A stretch of DNA of 50,483 nucleotides from Nemertoderma westbladi. Its lineage: Eukaryota; Animalia; Xenacoelomorpha. The number at the start of each line of letters is the position of its first letter. The first letter of the stretch is position 1. Shown here one piece after another: positions 36,336 to 50,400 of this stretch. Below the pieces are notes generated by a model. The model was not told where the DNA came from. It did not search any database and worked only from the letters and a program-made list of their open reading frames with translations. The position numbers were made by a program, and so were the translations under genes. The stretch covers positions 1 through 50,483 of the forward strand of contig JAUCBJ010002258.1 in assembly GCA_032718475.1 (NCBI GenBank). The letters run 5' to 3'.

Positions 36336-39300
36336 TAACTTGAGACAGGCCTAGCGGCCCGTGAAACAAGTCGTAGGAGACAGTACGAGTCAAGTAAAAG
36401 CTTTTTGTTCTGTCTGATAATAAATTAGTGTGAGGGTAGTCCCGGTGGTGTACGAGAAATTTTCTAGACAACTTCAAACTATAATTATTATGTTGTAATC
36501 ATCTAATGAATTATAAAAGCTGTTGTGATTATAGAAGATAGAGAGCAGTTAGCGAAATGATTATTTTATTCTATCGGATAGAGTAGTCGGAGTCTCAGAG
36601 AGGAGTCGAGGTGTCAATTGATTAATAACAATAACAGCAGTTGTCATGAATTCAATACAATCGCCCACAAGAGTGATAAAACAAATTCGTTCTTATTTTT
36701 GTAATAAATAAAACAAGTTGAGATGTATCAATGTAAACCGCGATTAACAATTTACAACAATTATATTATTATTATAACAGATTTTTATATTTCAAATAAT
36801 AATGTTAGCCTTATGGAGATTCATTATGAGGCTGAGTAAACATTCAGCCTTATAAGCATACAGCCTCCACAGTATTAATGTTGGCACAAAGATTTCAAAA
36901 TAAAACAATAATGCGATGAGAGCATAGTACAATACTCTGTGTAGCCAACAGACTGTATAACTAACAGCCAATTAGCTTGTACGCCAATTAATTAACATAG
37001 CAAGGATGCATTGGGAAGAGTTATTCAGCTGAGACTGTAATAGCCAGCTAAACCAGTTAATGTTTTGTTTGATTACTGTCTGGGTTGTAGAGTAGAGTGA
37101 TAATAAAACTTGGCACAGACAATACTTCTTTGTTAATTGCCCTTCCTATTGAATGCATTACCAGGCCATCTCTATACATTTTTCATGAGTGCCAGCTGGT
37201 GTTTTTATCATTGCGCCTATGGCAATTTTAGTGTTTTGGGGCTATTTTTCGAAATAAAACAAGTTGAGATGTTTCAATTTAAACCGCGATTTCACAAGTA
37301 CCCTTAGAAATCCATTTTCATGGTCCATGCAAAATTTCATCAAAATCGTTAGAGCCGTTTTTGCTCTAGGTCAGTAGCCAGTAGGCAGTAGCCAGTAGCC
37401 AGTAGCCAGTAGCTTTTTTTCTTACAGTAATCAAGTCTAACGACTTGCTAACTAGTGACGGGCCTAGCGGCCCGATAAGGAACCGACTTTTTATTTTAAA
37501 TAAAAGAGACAACGAGAATTAGTATAGAACTAATAATTATGTAAAAATACAATCATATTTCATACAATAATTATTAATAAATTCGATCTATTATTAGTTG
37601 CTCAATTCTAGAACATAATCGACCTGCAACTAGTGAAGACCTCGTTTTGGAATTTCGAAAACACGCTGGTGCGATGCGCGATATCGTGTTTAGTTAATAA
37701 ATTGAAAACTCCATCAGTTCATGTGCAACCAGTAATAAGAAATCGCGATAAATGTAATTAAATAAAAATTATTCTAGAAAAAATTTCCTCAAAAAGTATG
37801 AAGTCTTGGCATTGGTGACGCGAAACTAGGCTAGTGAGATTCAGGATATTGCGTTTAATATAAAAATCGAAAACGCTATCGAATTCCGTAAAGGCGTTAA
37901 TAAAATACAGCAACTTTTTTGAAATTTGTAAAATTCTGGAACTAGAAAAAATTAATTTTTGAACGGCGCTGTTTGGGGTTTCGAAACATGGATAGGCTGA
38001 AAGAGGACATCGAATTAAGTTGAAAAATGAAAACCCCATCGAATTTGGACAAAGCGTTCCGGAGTTATAGCGGATCGAAAAATATTGACCCCCCCATATT
38101 GACCCCCCCCCCAGTCGCCAAAAATTTACAGTAATTTAAAATTTTGCAAAAAAATTTTTTTGCGTTATTTTTGATGGCGAATCGATTGGCAGTACTGGCT
38201 ACGAAAAATTTTTTTTTGAAATTTTTGGTCAGAAAAAAAACATGGAAAAAGTATATTTTTAAAAAGATTTGATGTCTTTGCCTATGGTCAGAGAATGATC
38301 CAACACTGTAACTTGGCAATCGCTCAAATCCATTCAGCCGAATGGCACAGTAGAGTTACCTAAAGTAAATTCCCTATACAATGTTCTGAAGGGGAGACTG
38401 ACAGAGTAATCCAACAATAAAACATGTTGCAATAATGTTGGCATTGTAGCCAACTCACTGTGTACTTAACAGTCATTCAGCTTACATTAGCAGAGTGAGA
38501 TATTTCTATAGATTGCATTGGGAAGAGTAATTCAGCTGAGGCGATAATAGATTTCAAACTAAACCAACCACCAGTCAATGTTTGCTTTGACAGAAAGTGC
38601 AGGGCCTAAACAAACAGTATGGGTGTACTAAGTATAATAATCTTGGCAACCTCATCGATTTATTACTAAGCCTTGTGTAGAAATGCATTACATAAACCAT
38701 TTTTCATCAGGACACCAGCTGTCATTGGTGTTATTTTACCATTGCGCCTATGGCGTTTTTTCGTTTATGTCTATTTTTCGAGCCCACGGCTCATGGACGA
38801 AATAGCGGAACATACCAGGGACCTTAGAATCGCGGTATCTACCCGCTGTGAAAATTTAATCAAATTCGTTAGAGTAGTTTTGGCTGTAGATCAGCCAGTC
38901 AGCCAGTCAGCCAACAATTCTTACAGTAATGAACCTCTCGGTTCCTAACTAGTGACGGGCCTAGCGGCCCGATAAGGAACCGACTTTTTATTTTAAATAA
39001 AAGAGACAACGAGAATTAGAACTAATAATTATGTAAAAATACAATCATATTTCATACAATAATTATTAATAAATTCGATCTATTATTAGTTGCTCAATTC
39101 TAGAATAAAATCGACCTGCAACTAGTGAAGACCTCGTTTTGGAATTTCGAAACCACGCTGGTGCGATGCGCGATATCGTGTTTAGTTAATAAATCGAAAA
39201 CTCCATCAATTCATGTGCAACCAGTAATAAGAAATCGCGATAAATGTAATTAAATAAAAATTATTCTAGAAAAATTTTCCTCAAAAAGTATGAAGTCTTG

Positions 39301-42300
39301 GCATTGGTGACGCGAAACTAGGCTAGTGAGATTCAGGATATTGCGTTTAATATAAAAATCGAAAACGCTATCGAATTCCGTAAAGGCGTTAATAAAATAC
39401 TGCAACTTTTTTGAAATTTGTAAAATTCTAGAACTAGAAAAAAATAATTTTTGAACGGCGCTGTTTGGGGTTTCAAAACATGGATAGGCTGAAAGAGGAC
39501 ATCGAATTAAGTTTAAAAATGAAAACCCCATCGAATTTGGACAAAGCGTTCAGGAGTTATAGCGGATCGAAAAAAAATTTACCCCCCCCCAGTCGCCAAA
39601 AATTTACAGTAATTTAAAATTTTGCAAAAAAAATTTTTGCGTTATTTTTGATGGCGAATCGATTGGGAGTACTGGCTACGAAATTTTTTTTTTGAAATTT
39701 TTGGTCAGAAAAAAAAACATGGAAAAAGTATATTTTTAAAGTCAGAGAATGATCCAACTCTGTAACTTGGCAATCGCTCAAATCCATTCAGCTGAATGGC
39801 ACAGTAGAGTAAACTAAAGGAAATTCCCTATACAATGTTCTGAAGGGGAGACTGACAGAGAGTAATTCAACAATAAAACATTTTGCAATAATGTTGGCAT
39901 TAATGTAGCCAACACACTGTGTACTTAAGTCATTCAGCTTACATTAGCAGAGGGAGAAACTTGGATACTCAACTAGAATGCATTGGGAAGAGTTATTCAG
40001 CTGAGGCAATAATAGATTTCAAACTAAACCAACCAGTTTATATTTGCTTTGACAGGGCCTAAACAAACAGTATGGGTGTACTAAGTACAATAATCTTGGC
40101 AACCTCATCGATTTATACTAAGCCTTGTGTAGAAATCCATTACATAAGCCATTTTTCATCGCGACACCAGCTGTTATTGGTGTTATTTTACCATTGCGCT
40201 AATGGCGTTTTTTCGTTTATGTTTATTTTTCGAGCCCACGGCTCATGGACGAAATAGCGGAACATACCAGGGACCTTAGAATCGCGGTATCTAGCCGCTG
40301 TGAAAATTTCATCAAAATCGTTAGAGTAGTTTTGGCTGTAGATCAGTCAGTCAGTCAGTCAGTCAGTCAGTCAGTCAGTCAGCCACAAGCAATTCTTACA
40401 GTAATGAACCTCTCGGTTCCTAACTAGAGACGGGCCTAGCGGCCCGATAAGGAACCGACTTTTTATTTTAAATAAAAGAGACAACGAGAATTAGTATAGA
40501 ACTAATAATTATGTAAAAATACAATCATATTTCATACAATAATTATTAATAAATTCGATCTATTATTAGTTGCTCAATTCTAGAACAAAATCGACCTGCA
40601 ACTAGTGAAGACCTCGTTTTGGAATTTCGAAACCACGCCGGTGCAATGCGCGATATCGTGTTTAGTTAATAAATTGAAAACTCCATCAATTCATGTGCAA
40701 CCAGTAATAAGAAATCGCGATAAATGTAATTAAATAAAAATTATTCTAGAAAAATTTTCCTCAAAAAGTATGAAGTCTTGGCATTGGTGACGCGAAACTA
40801 GGCTAGTGAGATTCAGGATATTGCGTTTAATATAAAAATTGAAAACGCTATCGAATTCCGTACAGGCGTTAATAAAATACTGCAACTTTTTTGAAATTTG
40901 TAAAATTCTAGAACTAGAAAAATATAATTTTTGAACGGCGCTGTTTGGGGTTTCGAAACATCGATAGGCTGAAAGAGGACATCGAATTAAGTTGAAAAAT
41001 GAAAACCCCATCGAATTTGGACAAAGCGTTCCGGAGTTATAGCGGATCGAAAAAAATTGACCCCCCCCAGTCGCCAAAAATTTACAGTAATTTAAAATTT
41101 AGCAAAAAAAATTTTTTCTGTTATTTTTGATGGCGAATCGATTGGCAGTACTGGCTACGAAAATTTTTTTTTTGAAATTTTTGGTCAGAAAAAAAAACAT
41201 GGAAAAAGTATATTTTTAAAGTCAGAGAATGATCCAACTCTGTAACTTGGCAATCGCTCAAATCCATTCAGCTGAATGGCACAGTAGAGTAAACTAAAGG
41301 AAATTCCCTATACAATGTTCTGAAGGGGAGACTGACAGAGAGTAATTCAACAATAAAACATTTTGCAATAATGTTGGCATTAATGTAGCCAACACACTGT
41401 GTACTTAAGTCATTCAGCTTACATTAGCAGAGGGAGAAACTTGGATACTCAACTAGAATGCATTGGGAAGAGTTATTCAGCTGAGGCAATAATAGATTTC
41501 AAACTAAACCAACCAGTTTATATTTGCTTTGACAGGGCCTAAACAAACAGTATGGGTGTACTAAGTACAATAATCTTGGCAACCTCATCGATTTATACTA
41601 AGCCTTGTGTAGAAATCCATTACATAAGCCATTTTTCATCGCGACACCAGCTGTTATTGGTGTTATTTTACCATTGCGCTAATGGCGTTTTTTCGTTTAT
41701 GTTTATTTTTCGAGCCCACGGCTCATGGACGAAATAGCGGAACATACCAGGGACCTTAGAATCGCGGTATCTAGCCGCTGTGAAAATTTCATCAAAATCG
41801 TTAGAGTAGTTTTGGCTGTAGATCAGTCAGTCAGTCAGTCAGTCAGTCAGTCAGTCAGTCAGCCACAAGCAATTCTTACAGTAATGAACCTCTCGGTTCC
41901 TAACTAGAGACGGGCCTAGCGGCCCGATAAGGAACCGACTTTTTATTTTAAATAAAAGAGACAACGAGAATTAGTATAGAACTAATAATTATGTAAAAAT
42001 ACAATCATATTTCATACAATAATTATTAATAAATTCGATCTATTATTAGTTGCTCAATTCTAGAACAAAATCGACCTGCAACTAGTGAAGACCTCGTTTT
42101 GGAATTTCGAAACCACGCCGGTGCAATGCGCGATATCGTGTTTAGTTAATAAATTGAAAACTCCATCAATTCATGTGCAACCAGTAATAAGAAATCGCGA
42201 TAAATGTAATTAAATAAAAATTATTCTAGAAAAATTTTCCTCAAAAAGTATGAAGTCTTGGCATTGGTGACGCGAAACTAGGCTAGTGAGATTCAGGATA

Positions 42301-43400
42301 TTGCGTTTAATATAAAAATTGAAAACGCTATCGAATTCCGTACAGGCGTTAATAAAATACTGCAACTTTTTTGAAATTTGTAAAATTCTAGAACTAGAAA
42401 AATATAATTTTTGAACGGCGCTGTTTGGGGTTTCGAAACATCGATAGGCTGAAAGAGGACATCGAATTAAGTTGAAAAATGAAAACCCCATCGAATTTGG
42501 ACAAAGCGTTCCGGAGTTATAGCGGATCGAAAAAAATTGACCCCCCCCAGTCGCCAAAAATTTACAGTAATTTAAAATTTAGCAAAAAAAATTTTTTCTG
42601 TTATTTTTGATGGCGAATCGATTGGCAGTACTGGCTACGAAAATTTTTTTTTTGAAATTTTTGGTCAGAAAAAAAAACATGGAAAAAGTATATTTTTAAA
42701 AAGATTTGATGTCTTTGCCTATGGTCAGAGAATGATCCAACTCTGTAACTTGGCAATCGCTCAAATCCATTCACCTGAATGGCACAGTAGAGTAAACTAA
42801 AGTAAATTCCCTATACAATGTTCTGAAGGGGTGACTGACAGAGAGTAATCCAACAATAAAACATTTTGCAATAATGTTGGCATTAATGTAGCCAACTCAC
42901 TGTGTACGTAACAGTCATTCAGCTTACATTAGCAGAGTGAGATATTCCCATAGATTGCATTGGGAAGAGTAATTCAGCTGAGGCGATATTAGATTTCAAA
43001 CTAAACCAACCAGTTCATAATGTTTGCTTTGACAGAGAGTGGTGGCCTATACAAACAGTATGGGTGTACTGAGTGTAATAATCTTGGCAACCTCATCGAT
43101 TTATTACTAAGCCTTCTGTAGAAATGCATTACATAAGCCATTTTTCATCACGACACCAGCTGTCATGGGTGTTATTTTACCATTGCGCCTATGGCGTTTT
43201 TTCGTTTATGTCTATTTTTCGAGCCCACGGCTCATGGACGAAATAGCGGAACATACCAGGGACCTTAGAATCGCGGTATCTAGCCGCTGTGAAAATTTCA
43301 TCAAAATCGTTAGTAATGAACCTCTCGGTTCCTAACTAGTGACGGGCCTAGCGGCCCGATAAGGAACCGACTTTTTATTTCAAATAAAAGAGACAACGAG

Positions 43401-46400
43401 CTCGGCTCGGTCTTGCACGATTGGGCACGATTAAGTTCAACTTGGCTTGATCGGCTCGGTTTGGCTCGATTAGGCTCGGCTCAGCTCGGCTCGGCTCGGC
43501 TTGGCTTGGTTCGGCACGGCTCGGCACGGCTCGGCTCGGCTCGGCTCGGCTCGACTCGGCTCGGCTCGGCTCGGCTCGGCTCGGCTCGGCTCGGCTCGGC
43601 TCGGCTCGGCTCGGCTCGCTCGCTCGGCTCGGCTCGGCTCGGCTCGATCGGCTCGGCTCGGCTCGGCTCGGCTCGGCTCGGCTCGGCTCGGCTCGGCTCG
43701 GCTCGGCTCGGCTCGGCTCGGCTCGGCTCGGCTCGGCTCGGCTCGGCTCGGCTCGGCTCGGCTCGGCTCGGCTCGGCTCGGCTCGGCTCGGCTCGGCTCG
43801 GCCTGCTCGGCTCGGCTCGGCTCGGCTCGGCTCGGCTCGGCTCGGCTCGGCTCGGCTCGGCTCGGCTCGGCTCGGCTCGGCTCGGCTCGGCTCGGCTCGG
43901 CTCGGCTCGGCTCGGCTCGGCTCGGCTCGGCTCGGCTCGGCTCGGCTCGGTTCGGTTCGGCTCGGCTTGATTCGGCTCTGCTCGGCTCGGCCCGGCTCGG
44001 CTCGGCTTGGCCTGGCCTGGCCTGGCCTGGCCTGGCCTGGCCTGGCCTGGCTCGGCTCGGCTCGGCTCGGCTCGGCTCGGCTCGGCTCGGCTCGGCTCGG
44101 CTCGGCTCGGCTCGGCTCGGCTCGGCTCGGCTCGGCTCGGCTCGGCTCGGCTCGGCTCGGCTCGGCTCGGCTCGGCTCGGCTCGGCTCGGCTCGGCTCGG
44201 CTCGGCTCGGCTCGGCTCGGCTCGGCTCGGCTCGGCTCGGCTCGGCTCGGCTCGGCTCGGCTCGGCTCGGCTCGGCTCGGCTCGGCTCGGCTCGGCTCGG
44301 CTCGGCTCGGCTCGGCTCGGCCTGCTCGGCTCGGCTCGGCTCGGCTCGGCTCGGCTCGGCTCGGCTCGGCTCGGCTCGGCTCGGCTCGGCTCGGCTCGGC
44401 TCGGCTCGGCTCGGCTCGGCTCGGCTCGGCTCGGCTCGGCTCGGCTCGGCTCGGCTCGGCTCGGCTCGGCTCGGTTCGGCTCGGCTTGATTCGGCTCTGC
44501 TCGGCTCGGCCCGGCTCGGCTCGGCTTGGCCTGGCCTGGCCTGGCCTGGCTCGGCCCGGCTCGGCTCGGCTCGGCTCGGCTCGGCTCGGCTCGGCTCGGC
44601 TCGGCACGGCTCGGCTCGGTTCGGCTCGGCTCGGCTCGGCTCGGCTCGGCTCGGCTCGGCTCGGCTCGGCTCGGCTCGGCTCGGCTCGGCTCGGCTCGGC
44701 TCGGCTCGGCTCGGCTCGGCTCGGCTCGGCTCGGCTCGGCTCGGCTCGGCTCGGCTCGGCTCGGCTCGGCTCGGCTCGGCTCGGCTCGGCTCGGCTCGGC
44801 TCGGCTCGGCTCGGCTCGGCTTGGCTCGGCTCGGCTCGGCTCGGCTCGGCTCGGCTCGGCTCGGCTCGGCTCGGCCTGCTCGGCTCGGCTCGGCTCGGCT
44901 CGGCTCGGCTCGGCTCGGCTCGGCTCGGCTCGGCTCGGCTCGGCTCGGCTCGGCTCGGCTCGGCTCGGCTCGGCTCGGCTCGGCTCGGCTCGGCTCGGCT
45001 CGGCTCGGCTCGGCTCGGCTCGGCTCGGCTCGGCTCGGCTCGGCTCGGCTCGGCTCGGCTCGGCTCGGCTCGGCTCGGCTCGGCTCGGCTCGGCTCGGCT
45101 TGGCTCGGCCTGGCTCGGCTCGGCCTCGGCTCGGCTCGGCTCGGCTCGGCTCGGCTCGGCTCGGCTCGGCTCGGCTCGGCTCGGCTCGGCTCGGCTCGGC
45201 TCGGCTCGGCTCGGCTCGGCTCGGCTCGGCTCGGCTCGGCTCGGCTCGGCTCGGCTCGGCTCGGCTCGGCTCGGCTCGGCTCGGCTCGGCTCGGCTCGGC
45301 TCGGCTCGGCTCGGCTCGGCTCGGCTCGGCTCGGCTCGGCTCGGCTCGGCTCGGCTCGGCTCGGCTCGGCTTGGCTCGGCCTGGCTCGGCTCGGCTCGGC
45401 CTGGCTCGGCTCGGCTCGGCTCGGCTCGGCTCGGCTCGGCTCGGCTCGGCTCGGCTCGGCTCGGCTCGGCTCGGCTCGGCTCGGCTCGGCTCGGCTCGGC
45501 TCGGCTCGGCTCGGCTCGGCTCGGCTCGGCTCGGCTCGGCTCGGCTCGGCTCGGTTCGGCTCGGCTCGGCTCGGCTCGGCTCGGCTCGGCTCGGCTCGGC
45601 TCGGCTCGGCTCGGCTCGGCTCGGCTCGGCTCGGCTCGGCTCGGCTCGGCTCGGCTCGGCTCGGCTCGGCTCGGCTCGGCTCGGCTCGGCTCGGCTCGGC
45701 TCGGCTCGGCTCGGCTCGGCTCGGCTCGGCTCGGCTCGGCTCGGCTCGGCTCGGCTCTGCTCGGCTCGGCTCGGCTCGGCTCGGCTCGGCTCGGCTCGGC
45801 TCGGCTCGGCTCGGCTCGGCTCGGCTCGGCCTGGCTCGGCTCGGCCTGGCTCGGCTCGGCTCGGCTCGGCTCGGCTCGGCTCGGCTCGGCTCGGCTCGGC
45901 TCGGCTCGGCTCGGCTCGGCTCGGCTCGGCTCGGCTCGGCTCGGCTCGGCTCGGCTTCGGCTTCGGCTCGGCTCGGCTCGGCTCGGCTCGGCTCGGCTCG
46001 GCTCGGCTCGGCTCGGCTCGGCTCGGCTCGGCTCGGCTCGGCTCGGCTCGGCTCGGCTCGGCTCGGCTCGGCTCGGCTCGGCTCGGCTCGGCTTGGCTCG
46101 GCCTGGCTCGGCTCGGCTCGGCCTGGCTCGGCTCGGCTCGGCTCGGCTCGGCTCGGCTCGGCTCGGCTCGGCTCGGCTCGGCTCGGCTCGGCTCGGCTCG
46201 GCTCGGCTCGGCTCGGTTCGGTTCGGTTCGGCTCGGCTCGGCTCGGCTCGGCTCGGCTCGGCTCGGCTCGGCTCGGCTCGGCTCGGCTCGGCTCGGCTCG
46301 GCTCGGCTCGGCTCGGCTCGGCTCGGCTCGGCTCGGCTCGGCTCGGCTCGGCTCGGCTCGGCTCGGCTCGGCTCGGCTCGGCTCGGCTCGGCTCGGCTCG

Positions 46401-46572
46401 GCTCGGCTCGGCTCGGCTCGGCTCGGCTCGGCTCGGCTCGGCTCGGCTCGGCTCGGCTCGGCTCGGCTCGGCTCGGCTCGGCTCGGCTCGGCTCGGCTCG
46501 GCTCGGCTCGGCTCGGCTCGGCTCGGCTCGGCTTGGCTCGGCTTGGCTCGGCTTGGCTCGGCTTGGCTCGGT
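43401..46572. repeat. (GGCTC)n / (CCGAG)n pentamer satellite, array 1 (~3.2 kb)
   Basis: Direct reading; variant units GGCCT, GGTTC, GGCTT and GGCAC are interspersed. Confidence 0.98.
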
Positions 46573-46586
46573 CTGAGTCGACTCCC

Positions 46587-46763
46587 CGTGCTGCTCGAAG
46601 GGCGCAAATACATATATCGAAGGGTCAAAGCAAAACTCACGTGCTGCTCGAAGGGAAAAAGTCAAACAATGTGTCTATTATTTGATGTAATTCACGTGCT
46701 GCTCGAAGGGCGCAAATACATATATCGAAGGGTCAAAGCCAAACTCACGTGCTGCTCGAAGGG
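46587..46763. repeat. 53-55-bp-period repeat (4 copies of a 16-bp core; ~108-bp dimer)
   Basis: CGTGCTGCTCGAAGGG at 46587, 46640, 46695 and 46748; intervals 1 and 3 are nearly identical. Confidence 0.85.
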
Positions 46764-47473
46764 ACAAACTAAGCAAATACCCTCCAGGTTGACTGAATGA
46801 TTTTATTAATGTTTGCCATGCATAATGTACTATATTTGGGTCCCATGACCCACCCCATTGAACAGCTTTGCTTACATCTGATAGAAAGTAATCCCAAATT
46901 AACTTCCCTCTACGAAAATTATTTTAATTAAATACATACAACATAGCAGTCAACTCTGCTATCAACAGTACACAATAACTAAAATGGCATTCAGCTTACC
47001 AGCTATTCGCATTAAGCTAATAGATATTCGATTTCATTGGATTCAGTGAGTGTGTGAGGGCTATTGGGAGAGCAATCAGCTTATGATGTAATACATTAGA
47101 ATCCCACGGCTTTTGTTTGCTTACTGTCTGAGTTGTAGAGTGAGGATAATACTTGGCAGAGAAAGCATTTCCTTGTTAGGTGGCCATTCCTATAGAATAG
47201 CATTACTAGGCCATCTCTATGCATTTTTCATGAGTGCCAGCTGGTGTTTTTATCATTGCGCCTATGGCGTTTTTTCGTTTATGTCTATTTTTCGAGCCCA
47301 CGGCTCATGGACGAAATAGCGGAACATACCAGGGACCTTAGAATCGCGGTATCTAGCCGCTGTGAAAATTTCATCAAAATCGTTAGTAATGAACCTCTCG
47401 GTTCCTAACTAGTGACGGGCCTAGCGGCCCGATAAGGAACCGACTTTTTATTTCAAATAAAAGAGACAACGAG

Positions 47474-50400
47474 CTCGGCTCGGTCTTGCACGATTGGGCA
47501 CGATTAAGTTCAACTTGGCTTGATCGGCTCGGTTTGGCTCGATTAGGCTCGGCTCAGCTCGGCTCGGCTTGGCTTGGTTCGGCACGGCTCGGCACGGCTC
47601 GGCTCGGCTCGGCTCGGTTCGGTTCGACTCGGCTCGGCTCGGCTCGGCTCGGCTCGGCTCGGCTCGGCTCGGCTCGGCTCGGCTCGGCTCGGCTCGGCTC
47701 GATTAGTCTCGGCTCGGCTCGACTCGGCTCGGCTCGGCTCGGCTCGGCTCGGCTCGGCTCGGCTCGGCTCGGCTCGGCTCGGCTCGGCTCGGCTCGGCTC
47801 GGCTCGGCTCGGCTCGGCTCGGCTCGGCTCGGCTCGGCTCGGCCTGCTCGGCTCGGCTCGGCTCGGCTCGGCTCGGCTCGGCTCGGCTCGGCTCGGCTCG
47901 GCTCGGCTCGGCTCGGCTCGGCTCGGCTCGGCTCGGCTCGGCTCGGCTCGGCTCGGCTCGGCTCGGCTCGGCTCGGCTCGGCTCGGCTCGGTTCGGTTCG
48001 GCTCGGCTTGATTCGGCTCTGCTCGGCTCGGCCCGGCTCGGCTCGGCTTGGCCTGGCCTGGCCTGGCCTGGCCTGGCCTGGCCTGGCCTGGCCTGGCTCG
48101 GCTCGGCTCGGCTCGGCTCGGCTCGGCTCGGCTCGGCTCGGCTCGGCTCGGCTCGGCTCGGCTCGGCTCGGCTCGGCTCGGCTCGGCTCGGCTCGGCTCG
48201 GCTCGGCTCGGCTCGGCTCGGCTCGGCTCGGCTCGGCACGGCTCGGCTCGGTTCGGCTCGGCTCGGCTCGGCTCGGCTCGGCTCGGCTCGGCTCGGCTCG
48301 GCTCGGCTCGGCTCGGCTCGGCTCGGCTCGGCTCGGCTCGGCTCGGCTCGGCTCGGCTCGGCTCGGCTCGGCTCGGCTCGGCTCGGCTCGGCTCGGCTCG
48401 GCTCGGCTCGGCTCGGCTCGGCTCGGCTCGGCTCGGCTCGGCTCGGCTCGGCTCGGCTCGGCTCGGCTCGGCTCGGCTCGGCTCGGCTCGGTTCGGCTCG
48501 GCTTGATTCGGCTCTGCTCGGCTCGGCCCGGCTCGGCTCGGCTTGGCCTGGCCTGGCCTGGCCTGGCCTGGCCTGGCCTGGCCTGGCCTGGCCTGGCCTG
48601 GCCTGGCTCGGCCCGGCTCGGCTCGGCTCGGCTCGGCTCGGCTCGGCTCGGCTCGGCTCGGCTCGGCTCGGCTCGGCTCGGCTCGGCTCGGCTCGGCTCG
48701 GCTCGGCTCGGCTCGGCTCGGCTCGGCTCGGCTCGGCTCGGCTCGGCTCGGCTCGGCTCGGCTCGGCTCGGCTCGGCTCGGCTCGGCTCGGCTCGGCTCG
48801 GCTCGGCTCGGCTCGGCTCGGCTCGGCTTGGCTCGGCTCGGCTCGGCTCGGCTCGGCTCGGCTCGGCCTGGCTCGGCTCGGCTCGGCTCGGCTCGGCTCG
48901 GCTCGGCTCGGCTCGGCTCGGCTCGGCTCGGCTCGGCTCGGCTCGGCTCGGCTCGGCTCGGCTCGGCTCGGCTCGGCTCGGCTCGGCTCGGCTCGGCTCG
49001 GCTCGGCTCGGCTCGGCTCGGCTCGGCTCGGCTCGGCTCGGCTCGGCTCGGCTCGGCTCGGCTCGGCTCGGCTCGGCTCGGCTCGGCTCGGCTCGGCTCG
49101 GCTCGGCTCGGCTCGGCTTGGCTCGGCCTGGCTCGGCTCGGCCTGGCTCGGCTCGGCTCGGCTCGGCTCGGCTCGGCTCGGCTCGGCTCGGCTCGGCTCG
49201 GCTCGGCTCGGCTCGGCTCGGCTCGGTTCGGCTCTGCTCAGCTCGGCTCGGCTCGGCTCGGCTCGGCTCGGCTCGGCTCGGCTCGGCTCGGCTCGGCTCG
49301 GCTCGGCTCGGCTCGGCTCGGCTCGGCTCGGCTCGGCTCGGCTCGGCTCGGCTCGGCTCGGCTCGGCTCGGCTCGGCTCGGCTCGGCTCGGCTCGGCTCG
49401 GCTTGGCTCGGCCTGGCTCGGCTCGGCTCGGCCTGGCTCGGCTCGGCTCGGCTCGGCTCGGCTCGGCTCGGCTCGGCTCGGCTCGGCTCGGCTCGGCTCG
49501 GCTCGGCTCGGCTCGGCTCGGCTCGGCTCGGCTCGGCTCGGCTCGGCTCGGCTCGGCTCGGCTCGGCTCGGTTCGGCTCTGCTCAGCTCGGCTCGGCTCG
49601 GCTCGGCTCGGCTCGGCTCGGCTCGGCTCGGCTCGGCTCGGCTCGGCTCGGCTCGGCTCGGCTCGGCTCGGCTCGGCTCGGCTCGGCTCGGCTCGGCTCG
49701 GCTCGGCTCGGCTCGGCTCGGCTCGGCTCGGCTCGGCTCGGCTCGGCTCGGCTCGGCTCGGCTCGGCTCGGCTCGGCTCGGCTCGGCTCGGCTCTGCTCG
49801 GCTCGGCTCGGCTCGGCTCGGCTCGGCTCGGCTCGGCTCGGCTCGGCTCGGCTCGGCTCGGCTCGGCTCGGCCTGGCTCGGCTCGGCCTGGCTCGGCTCG
49901 GCTCGGCTCGGCTCGGCTCGGCTCGGCTCGGCTCGGCTCGGCTCGGCTCGGCTCGGCTCGGCTCGGCTCGGCTCGGCTCGGCTCGGCTCGGCTCGGCTCG
50001 GCTCGGCTCGGCTCGGCTCGGCTCGGCTCGGCTCGGTTCGGTTCGGCTCTGCTCAGCACGGCTCGGCTCGGCTCGGCTCGGCTCGGCTCGGCTCGGCTCG
50101 GCTCGGCTCGGCTCGGCTCGGCTCGGCTCGGCTCGGCTCGGCTTGGCTCGGCCTGGCTCGGCTCGGCTCGGCCTGGCTCGGCTCGGCTCGGCTCGGCTCG
50201 GCTCGGCTCGGCTCGGCTCGGCTCGGCTCGGCTCGGCTCGGCTCGGCTCGGCTCGGCTCGGCTCGGCTCGGCTCGGCTCGGTTCGGTTCGGTTCGGCTCT
50301 GCTCAGCTCGGCTCGGCTCGGCTCGGCTCGGCTCGGCTCGGCTCGGCTCGGCTCGGCTCGGCTCGGCTCGGCTCGGCTCGGCTCGGCTCGGCTCGGCTCG

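Noticed and set aside
37758-42557. Repeated small ORFs in each 1.5-kb unit
   Set aside because: No recognisable motifs; they recur only because the unit is duplicated.
46587-46763. CRISPR-like short repeat with ~37-bp intervals
   Set aside because: Core is only 16 bp, intervals 1 and 3 are duplicates, no cas genes, eukaryotic context.
43375-46800. ORFs up to ~1100 aa of RAEPS/LGSAR repeats on both strands (also 47574-50059)
   Set aside because: The GGCTC pentamer has no stop in any frame; these are satellite translation artefacts.
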